The translations under genes and the position numbers were made by a program. From positions 1-10,428 of the forward strand of contig JBFMGU010000332.1 of assembly GCA_040752415.1 (NCBI GenBank): a DNA stretch of 10,428 nt, written 5' to 3'. The notes under the pieces are model-generated. The model made no database searches. It saw only the letters and a list, made by a program, of their open reading frames with translations, and was not told the DNA's origin. Positions 1-6,264 of the stretch are shown here, in pieces. Position 1 is the first letter of the stretch, and each line of letters starts with the position of its first letter. The stretch is from Myxococcota bacterium. Lineage in GTDB: Bacteria; Myxococcota; JACRCW01.

Positions 1-33
1 TTTGAGGCCAACGCGATTTGTCGTCGGAAAAGA

Positions 34-48
34 GGTCAACCGTTGACC
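34..48. promoter_or_regulatory. Perfect 7-1-7 inverted repeat GGTCAAC-C-GTTGACC (operator-like, or a minus-strand intrinsic terminator)
   Basis: Exact dyad in non-coding DNA. On the minus strand it is followed immediately by TCTTTT (33..28). Function is inferred. Confidence 0.4.
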
Positions 49-50
49 GA

Positions 51-108
51 TTGCCCCCCTTCCCCGGCTCGGTGACGACGGAATACTGGGACTGGGGAAG
101 GGGGGCGA
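51..108 (+). other. Long GC-rich stem-loop
   Basis: GCCCCCCTTCCCC (53-65) is the exact reverse complement of GGGGAAGGGGGGC (94-106), a 13-bp perfect stem. It extends inward and outward with several G.U pairs on the + strand. Confidence 0.7.
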
Positions 109-307
109 GTGGACGCAGTGGGACAAGCGTGGGGGGGTTAGGTGTTCGCCGGCCTTCGCATCCTGGTTTTCCATCAGCCTCGTGACGACGAGCACGTCTC
201 AGATTTTTGAGGGTCCGCTTTCGCGAGAGCTCGCGCTTGAGAGTGCTTCGGCGTGGTGTAACACGCGGCCCCATCGCATGGAGCGATGACTTTCCTTCCC
301 CCGGAAA

Positions 308-3295
308 ATGAAACCCATGAGAACAAGATTCCATCTTGCATTTCATTGGGCATTGCTGTGCCTGGTCGCAGCGTGCCCCTCACCACAACCCGGCTCGTCG
401 ACGGACGGCGGCGCGGGTAACACCACACCGGACGCCACGGTCCCCGCGGATGGGGGCACGTCAGACGCCGGCAACCGCACCGACGGGGGAACGGATGCGG
501 ATGCCGGTCATGACGACGCAGGCTCCGGTCCCGACGGCGGAGATGCCGGCCCGGGACCCACGGTCAGCGCGCAGGAGCGCCTGGGCGTGTACCTGCCGGC
601 GCGGCATCGCTCCATGCTCACCAGCGCGACGTCGTCGCTGGCCATCTTTGGGATGCAGGGCGTGCCCGCTTCGCCCTCCTGGTTCGGTCTGACGGAGATG
701 GACCCGGTGGTCTCCACGGGACTGGTGGTGCTCAACCAGGACACCGGCGTGGTGCGTCTCTACACCGCCGCCGACGGCGTCCCGGAGATGGTCTACCACG
801 ACGACATCTACACCTACGGTGCCGCGCCGGTGCCCTTCTTCGACCTCACCTGGATCGAGGAGGGCGTGAGCTTCGCGGGCGCGAGCTGGGAGCACCTGGT
901 GAAGGGCGTCATCGACGCCAACGGCAACATCACGTTCAGCTCCACCACGCTGCGTCGTGATTCAAGCTTCACCGTCGACGCCAAGGTCACCAGCGTGGCG
1001 GTCTCCGACGGTGAGCTCTTCGTGGGCTCCGACCAGGGTGTGGCCGCGCTGGATCCCACCACGCTGGAGGTGCTGCGCTGGGTGGAGCTGGACCCCAACG
1101 TCGGCGCGGAGTGGACGTACGGCATGAGCGCGGGAACGCTGGCCGGACCGGTGATCAGCGTGGTGTTCGGCGCGCCCAACGAGGCGCCCACGCGCGTGGC
1201 ATTGGTGCGACCAGGCCAGGCCACGGCGGAGATCCACGGCGTGGACAACACCACCATCGTCACCACCACGCTGGGCATGGATGGCGCCATCCTGGTGGGT
1301 GCGCTGAACTCCGACGGGACCGGACGCATCCACGCCATCCTGGAGGCCATCAACGGCGTGGAGGTGACCACCTGGGCCACGCAGGAGGAGCTCACCACGC
1401 CCATGCGCGGCGAGGTCACTCCTGGCAAGCTGGCCTACGACCGCACGCGCGAGCTGCTCCTCGTCGGGGGTGTGCTGGAATACGGCGGCACCGGCGGCGG
1501 CCTGGTGGCCATTCCCACCTCACCCAACGGAGTCCGCAACGACGTGGCGCAGGACCTCATGGATCCGCGCGACCTCTACCGGCACGCCATCCCCGACCAG
1601 GTCGACGTGCTCGCGGTGGATGCCGCGGGGCGCTGGCTCGTCGGTGGTCGCAAGATGTGCAGCGAGTCGCGGCTCGGCGTCGTCGGGACGGTGCGCATCG
1701 AGCAGGAGAACGGTGAGCTGCGGGTGAGCCGTCCGTACGTGTCCGGGGTGCGCAGCGTGGCCCTGGGGCCGCAGGGTGAGACGTGGCTGGGCCTGCGCGA
1801 CGAGATCCCCGGCCTGGTGTGCGAGGGCATCACCGTGCAGCAGGAGGCGTGTCGTCTCAAGGCGGATGGCTCGTGCGAGATCTTCACGCCGCGCACCACG
1901 CCCACGCTGGATTTCATGTGGCCGCTGGTGGGGCCGGCGGAGATTGCCTTCGGGGATGCCACCCGCCAGGAGTTCGCCGTCGCCACCGTGCGCGACGCGT
2001 TGTTCGTGCGCGAGGGGCAGGTCACCCAGGTGATCCAGACGCAGTTCGACCCCGGGTTGAGCCTGTACCTGACGTCGGCGGCGTACGGTGAGCCGGGCGC
2101 GCTGTGGCTGGGCTCGGAGATGCACTGGGAGGAGTACAACGACCCCGAGCTCGACGAGGAAGCCATCAACGATCGCGGTCCGCACGGCCTGGGGCTGCTG
2201 GAGTTCTCGACGGAAGGACGCACCACGCTGTCCCGGCGTTACGTGCGCAAGGCCTCCGACTCGCTCCAGATCGACGAGGTCCCCGGCCTGCCCTCCAACC
2301 ACGTGCACGACGTGCTCCCGCTCCCGGGTCGTCGTCATGCGCTCGCGGCCACCGGCATTGAGCGGCTCTCCCGCACCTACGACCACGAGCTGAAAGCGCA
2401 GAGCGAGCTCAACGTCCACGGCGGGATTGCCGTCATCAACGACGACCAGGTGTCCACCATCAACCCGCCCGACGGCATCACCCTTGGCGACGTGACCGAC
2501 CTGGCGCTCGCTCCCGACGGCCGCATCTTCGCGCTGGACGCGGAGGCGGGTGTGCTGCTCGTCGACCTCGAGGCGGGCACCTCCAGCGTCTTTGCGGCCG
2601 CGTCGTGGACCGCGCCGGAGCGTGGCCTCGCGCTGGCGGTGGATGACAGCGGTCGCGTGGCGGTGGGAACCACGCACGGGCTCCTGGTGCTCTCGCCCAG
2701 CGGCGTGCCCACGCGCGTGGCGGAGAACCGGGTGCACGGCTGGGTGTGGACCTTGCGTTTCATGTCCGACGGCGTGTTGTACGCGGGCACCGACCAGGGA
2801 TTGCTGCGCGTGGCCCTGGACGGCGCTGCGCTCCCGACGACACTGGGCCCCTCCGGCCCGCAGCCGCGCGACCCGTGGGAGCTGGGCCTGGGATGCAACT
2901 TCGAGCTGGGGTGTGAATGCGCTCCGGAGTTCCCGTGCGCGAGCGGCCTGGAGTGCGCGTGTGGCCTGGACGGGTGCGTGTGCCAGGAGCCCGTGACGCC
3001 GTGCGACGGAACCGCGGGCTGCGCGTGCACGACGAGCGAGGAGTGCGCGGGCGGCTTCACCTGCGGCGCGGGCAACACGTGCGAGCTGGATGGGTGCGCG
3101 GCCACCTGTGGCTGCACCACGCTGAGTGGTTGCCCCGACGGGTACGCGTGCCAGTCGGATCCCAACGGCGACACGTGCGTGCGGGAGAACAACGATGCAT
3201 GCCTGCAGGACTGCTCCTGCGACGGACCCGATGGCTGCCCGCAGGGGTATCACTGCCAGGGCGGCATTGTCGGGTTCAGCTGCGTGGCGGAATAG
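308..3295 (+). CDS. Large lipoprotein: DGG/DAG low-complexity linker, Reg_prop (two-component regulator propeller)-like beta-propeller region and Cys-rich C-terminal repeats
   Basis: 995-aa ORF with strong GC3 bias. The signal peptide ends in lipobox VAAC (Cys23, nt 374-376); an alternative ATG lies at 317. Blade motifs include VTSVAVSDGELFVGSDQGV, VRSVALGPQGETWLG, LAVDDSGRVAVGTTHGL and VWTLRFMSDGVLYAGTDQGL. YTAADGVP and GLPSNHVHDV resemble Reg_prop linkers. The last 133 aa hold 26 Cys. Confidence 0.88.
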   Translation: MKPMRTRFHLAFHWALLCLVAACPSPQPGSSTDGGAGNTTPDATVPADGGTSDAGNRTDGGTDADAGHDDAGSGPDGGDAGPGPTVSAQERLGVYLPARHRSMLTSATSSLAIFGMQGVPASPSWFGLTEMDPVVSTGLVVLNQDTGVVRLYTAADGVPEMVYHDDIYTYGAAPVPFFDLTWIEEGVSFAGASWEHLVKGVIDANGNITFSSTTLRRDSSFTVDAKVTSVAVSDGELFVGSDQGVAALDPTTLEVLRWVELDPNVGAEWTYGMSAGTLAGPVISVVFGAPNEAPTRVALVRPGQATAEIHGVDNTTIVTTTLGMDGAILVGALNSDGTGRIHAILEAINGVEVTTWATQEELTTPMRGEVTPGKLAYDRTRELLLVGGVLEYGGTGGGLVAIPTSPNGVRNDVAQDLMDPRDLYRHAIPDQVDVLAVDAAGRWLVGGRKMCSESRLGVVGTVRIEQENGELRVSRPYVSGVRSVALGPQGETWLGLRDEIPGLVCEGITVQQEACRLKADGSCEIFTPRTTPTLDFMWPLVGPAEIAFGDATRQEFAVATVRDALFVREGQVTQVIQTQFDPGLSLYLTSAAYGEPGALWLGSEMHWEEYNDPELDEEAINDRGPHGLGLLEFSTEGRTTLSRRYVRKASDSLQIDEVPGLPSNHVHDVLPLPGRRHALAATGIERLSRTYDHELKAQSELNVHGGIAVINDDQVSTINPPDGITLGDVTDLALAPDGRIFALDAEAGVLLVDLEAGTSSVFAAASWTAPERGLALAVDDSGRVAVGTTHGLLVLSPSGVPTRVAENRVHGWVWTLRFMSDGVLYAGTDQGLLRVALDGAALPTTLGPSGPQPRDPWELGLGCNFELGCECAPEFPCASGLECACGLDGCVCQEPVTPCDGTAGCACTTSEECAGGFTCGAGNTCELDGCAATCGCTTLSGCPDGYACQSDPNGDTCVRENNDACLQDCSCDGPDGCPQGYHCQGGIVGFSCVAE
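377..559 (+). repeat. DGG/DAG-repeat acidic Gly-rich linker coding region
   Basis: Four DGG and four DAG tripeptides lie directly after the lipobox Cys. Such linkers are typical of myxobacterial lipoproteins. Confidence 0.75.
2894..3292 (+). repeat. Four tandem Cys-rich repeats, C-x3/5-C-x-C-x5-C-x2-G-x2-C-x5/8-C
   Basis: The units are CNFELGCEC..CASGLEC, CDGTAGCAC..CAGGFTC, CAATCGC..CPDGYAC and CLQDCSC..CPQGYHC, with 8+6+6+6 = 26 Cys. Confidence 0.85.
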
Positions 3296-3354
3296 GCTGG
3301 CTGGACAACCTCCGCGAAGTCGTTAGAACCTGGCTTTCGCGGAGGTTCTGTTCC

Positions 3355-4194
3355 GTGCTCGGCCTGTCGCGTCGCGAGATCATCCTGGGGGCGTTGGGGA
3401 AGCTGCGGGACGTTGTCCGGCAGGTGGGTGACGTCGACACCATGCCGGTGCTGCAGCGCGTCTCCATCCCGGTGCGCGGGTTGGACCGCCGCTTGGACGG
3501 CATGCGCATTGCGCAGCTCTCCGACGTGCACATCGGCATGGTGCTGCCGCTGGAATACCTGCGTGGGGTGGTGGCGCTGCTGGAGCGGGATCCGCCGGAG
3601 ATGCTCACCGTCACCGGGGACCTGCTGGATGATCCCACCCTGTCGCGTGGCTGCTTCGACATCATGAGCCGGGTGCGCGCGCCCCATGGCCACTACTACG
3701 TGCTCGGCAACCACGAGAACTTCCGGGAGCGGGAGCGCATCGTCGAGGTGGCGCGACGTCATCCGCACTTCAAGGTCCTCATCAACGAGAGCCTGCCGGT
3801 GCGGGTGCAGGGCGCGTTGGTGAACGTGAGCGGCGTGGACTTCCCGGTGGGCCAACGTGCCAGCGCCCCGCGCGACGAGCAGAACGCGGCCTTCGTGGCG
3901 CAGGCGCTCCTGCACTGCGAGGACGCGGATTTCCGCTTGTGCCTGGCGCACCACCCGGATGACTTCGACGAGATTCGTCGTCGCGGGGTGGAGCTGACGT
4001 TGTCCGGGCACACGCACGGCGGACAGATTGCGCCGGTGGGACCGTGGGTGAGCCACCGGCTCTTCAAGTACGTGCGCGGCCTCTACCGCGAGACCGACAG
4101 CCACCTGTACGTCAGCACCGGGACGGGACACACGCTGCCGGTGCGGGTGGGGGTGCCCACGGAAGTCACGGTGCTCACGCTCCACCGGGTGTGA
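3355..4194 (+). CDS. Calcineurin-like metallophosphoesterase (YkuE/YaeI-like family), 279 aa
   Basis: All five metallophosphoesterase motifs are present: SDVH, GDLLD, GNHE, HHPD and GHTH. The family-typical tail LYVSTGTG..PVRVGVPTEV follows. The start is placed at GTG 3355, with GGAGG at 3341-3345, rather than at the ORF-track start 2917. Confidence 0.92.
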   Translation: MLGLSRREIILGALGKLRDVVRQVGDVDTMPVLQRVSIPVRGLDRRLDGMRIAQLSDVHIGMVLPLEYLRGVVALLERDPPEMLTVTGDLLDDPTLSRGCFDIMSRVRAPHGHYYVLGNHENFRERERIVEVARRHPHFKVLINESLPVRVQGALVNVSGVDFPVGQRASAPRDEQNAAFVAQALLHCEDADFRLCLAHHPDDFDEIRRRGVELTLSGHTHGGQIAPVGPWVSHRLFKYVRGLYRETDSHLYVSTGTGHTLPVRVGVPTEVTVLTLHRV

Positions 4195-4227
4195 CGACGT
4201 TGTCCTGCCTTTCGCCTTGTGTCCGGC

Positions 4228-4256
4228 GCCACGCTCCTCGTGGCCGCGCGACCACG
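4228..4256. terminator. Overlapping hairpins between convergent genes (possible terminator or stabiliser)
   Basis: GCCACG-ctcct-CGTGGC (4228-4244) and the near-palindrome CGTGGCCGCGCGACCACG (4239-4256) lie in the 64-bp gap between convergent stops. There is no U-tract. Confidence 0.3.
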
Positions 4257-4258
4257 GG

Positions 4259-4870
4259 TCATTCCCTGGCGGCGGCGGACTTCTGCCAGGACAGCATGTA
4301 GGCCAGGCCGTCGCGGTCTTCCTTGAGGCTCGCCAGCTCCTTCTCCAACGCCTGGAGCTGCTCGTCACGCTGCCGCAACGCGTCCTGCGCGGTGAGCAAT
4401 TCCAGCTGCACCCGTTCCCCGGCTTCCCGGAATCCCTCACGCTCCCGACGGAATTCCCACATGTCGCGCAGCAGTCGGTCGGCGTCGTCGGCGGAGCGGG
4501 AGACCTGGCGGCGCGCCGCCTCCAGTTGCCCCTTCACCTTCAGGTTCTCCTCGCGCAGCACGTCCAGCTTCACCGTCAGGTCCATGCGCTCGCCGCGCAG
4601 CCGCGTCATCTCCTGGGCCGTCTCGTCCAGCGTGATGAACGCGGTGTCCACGTCGGCGCGCAGTTGTCTCAACCGGGCGCGGAGCGTCCGCAGCGCCCCC
4701 GCCGCCCGACGACGCTGCTCAGCGCGCGGCTCCAGGCGGGAAGGCGCGTCGGTGCGCAAGGTGGCGTCGGACTCCAGCTGTTCATGGTGTTTCTGCAGCT
4801 CGCGCTTCACCGACTCCAGGCGTGCGCTCAACAGCTGGGCGGACTCCTCCGCCAACGTGGGGCTCTCCAT
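4259..4870 (-). CDS. Coiled-coil hypothetical protein, 203 aa
   Basis: E/R/L/A/Q-rich heptad pattern along almost the whole length, with GC3 bias. ATG 4870 has GGAG 6 nt upstream. The ORF-track extension to 4984 is not coding-like and contains the promoter motif. Confidence 0.8.
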   Translation of the reverse strand: MESPTLAEESAQLLSARLESVKRELQKHHEQLESDATLRTDAPSRLEPRAEQRRRAAGALRTLRARLRQLRADVDTAFITLDETAQEMTRLRGERMDLTVKLDVLREENLKVKGQLEAARRQVSRSADDADRLLRDMWEFRREREGFREAGERVQLELLTAQDALRQRDEQLQALEKELASLKEDRDGLAYMLSWQKSAAARE

Positions 4871-4921
4871 GCAGGTCTCCGCGGCATCGCGCGCGGCGGT
4901 CAAGCGCGCCGTTGCTCGCGC

Positions 4922-4937
4922 TGCATGGCACGTGCCG
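4922..4937 (-). promoter_or_regulatory. Putative sigma54 (-24/-12) promoter
   Basis: The minus strand reads CGGCACG-TGCC-ATGCA against the consensus TGGCACG-N4-TTGCW, with GG-N10-GC spacing intact. It lies about 50 nt upstream of ATG 4870 in the correct orientation. Confidence 0.6.
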
Positions 4938-4995
4938 CGGTGACGACGTCGACATGACTGCCGATACAACGGCATCACGCCCAACGAGTCTTGGC

Positions 4996-5832
4996 TCAGC
5001 CGCTCTGCAGACTCTTCAGAAGCTGCGACAGACGCTCAAAGTGCTGTTCCGTCATCTGCTCGGCAACGCCACTGCGGATGAGGGGTGCCAAGGTGCCGCC
5101 GCGCGCTTCGCCGTTGGAGACGCGGGTGGCCGTGGCATCGCGGAAGTCGCGGAACGCCTCCTGGGCGGCGCGGAACATGTTCAGCGCGCCGTCGTCAAGC
5201 TGCACCTCGATCTTGCCCTCCAGGTCCTTGAGGCGGTGCTCCGCGGCCGCGAAGGACTCATAGGCCAAGGCGTTCATCTCCTGCTGCGTGGCGTCGTCGG
5301 GGATGTTGGCGCTGGTGTTGCCCTGCACCTCCGCACCGGCCTGCAGGAACTTGATGCGCGCCTCGATGCCGTCCTTGGCCATGCCCGCGGCCTCCGTGCG
5401 CCAGATGCTGCCGCCGTCGTTGGACTGGAACGCGTCAAAGCTCGCCCAGGCGCTGTTGAATTCCTTGAACGCCTTCTGTTCCGCACGCATGTCCTTGGCG
5501 TCGGCGCCGTCCCAGCCCTTGGTGAGCTCCTTGGCCACGGTGTCCATGCGCTTTTCGGCCTTGGCCGTATCCTTCCACGCCGCCTCGTTCATCCCCGCTT
5601 GCGTGTCGCGGTGAGCAATGCGCGTGCTCAAAGCGCTCTGGCCCGCGCGCGGCTGCTGGGAGGCCTTGGCAAACTGCTGCGTCGTCGACCTGGGAACCGC
5701 GTGATCAAGATCCGGGGCGGCGGCCTGCGCTCTTTTCTGCGTCGCCTGCGGCGCCTGCGTGGAATGGGCCTGGTTCACCTGCTTCTGACCAACATTGTCA
5801 ACACGTTGCTGCTTCGTCTGCGAAACACGCAC
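4996..5832 (-). CDS. Protein with two tandem lysozyme inhibitor LprI (DUF1311)-like domains and a Q/A-rich N-terminus, 278 aa
   Basis: Both halves show the LprI pattern TQxxMNxxA..A(E/D)xxL..AQxAFxxFRD..GG(S/T)..L. GTG start at 5832 has GGAGG (5842-5838) 5 nt upstream. Family recognised by eye. Confidence 0.8.
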   Translation of the reverse strand: MRVSQTKQQRVDNVGQKQVNQAHSTQAPQATQKRAQAAAPDLDHAVPRSTTQQFAKASQQPRAGQSALSTRIAHRDTQAGMNEAAWKDTAKAEKRMDTVAKELTKGWDGADAKDMRAEQKAFKEFNSAWASFDAFQSNDGGSIWRTEAAGMAKDGIEARIKFLQAGAEVQGNTSANIPDDATQQEMNALAYESFAAAEHRLKDLEGKIEVQLDDGALNMFRAAQEAFRDFRDATATRVSNGEARGGTLAPLIRSGVAEQMTEQHFERLSQLLKSLQSG

Positions 5833-5891
5833 GGACGCCTCCAGGAGAAGAACGCAGCCACGCCATGCGGCCCGTTCTCTGATGTCCACGT

Positions 5892-5920
5892 CGAGTAACA
5901 GTGGCACCGACACCGGTCAA
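5892..5920 (-). promoter_or_regulatory. Candidate sigma70-type promoter for the LprI-like gene
   Basis: The minus strand reads TTGACC-17 bp-TACTCG with an extended -10 TG, about 60 nt upstream of the GTG. The last -10 position deviates (G rather than T). Confidence 0.35.
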
Positions 5921-6264
5921 ACCAACGCTGAGTGGGACGTCGGAACCGGCGCTCCGGAAAAGCGCGCGCTTGGAGCCGGGGAAGTGTGTTCGCCGCCGCG
6001 ACGAAGGACGCTGCGCTGGCACGCGCAATCCCCACGCTGGCGTCGCGGCGAATCCCGGCGAAGATCCGCGATGCTCCCGGACCGAGGCGCGCAGGAGAAA
6101 CGCCGCTGCTGACGTCGGCCACGTGGAGCACAGGCCAAGCGCGAGGCGCGTCTGGGACACGGCTGTCATGGCCCCGCTTGCTCCCCGTGAGGCGGCTCAC
6201 GTTTCGGGAAACCCTCCTCGTCATTCGGGCGGCGCAGGTGACCGGTGCGTGGTAGCGTCGTGGC

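Noticed and set aside
237..264. TTGAGA-16-TAACAC as the lipoprotein promoter, plus nearby short palindromes (222-235, 272-288)
   Set aside because: The -10 match is poor, and 5-6 bp GC-rich dyads arise readily by chance.
1520..3253. 577-aa antisense ORF, and similar long shadow ORFs at 3250-4440, 4822-5898, 6661-7869, 8075-8842 and 9326-10381
   Set aside because: They lie opposite well-supported genes and have no recognisable motifs. Stop-poor antisense frames are expected from GC3-biased codon usage.
2917..3354. 146-aa N-terminal extension of the phosphoesterase overlapping the lipoprotein tail (possible overlapping gene or frameshift fusion; includes a second SRRF)
   Set aside because: It is an Arg-rich off-frame translation of the Cys repeats. 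A strong GGAGG-GTG start exists at 3341/3355, and I saw no slippery site.
4959..4974. GCCGATAC (sigma28 -10-like) within hairpin TGCCG-atacaa-CGGCA
   Set aside because: There is no TAAA -35 box and no + strand gene downstream. A 5-bp stem without a U-tract is too weak to call a terminator.
5915..5950. Resemblance to a c-di-GMP-I riboswitch (CAAACCA...GAGTGGGACG)
   Set aside because: It lacks GGCAAA, the GNRA-capped P2 hairpin and the following GCAAAG, so only partial word similarity remains.
6017..6031. TGGCACG as a sigma54 -24 box for the kinase
   Set aside because: The -12 position reads ATCC, lacking the invariant GC.
5932..6255. 107-aa ORF in frame with the kinase and separated by TAG (possible readthrough or pseudogenised extension)
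   Set aside because: The composition is not protein-like, and the kinase begins with its own signal peptide right after the stop.
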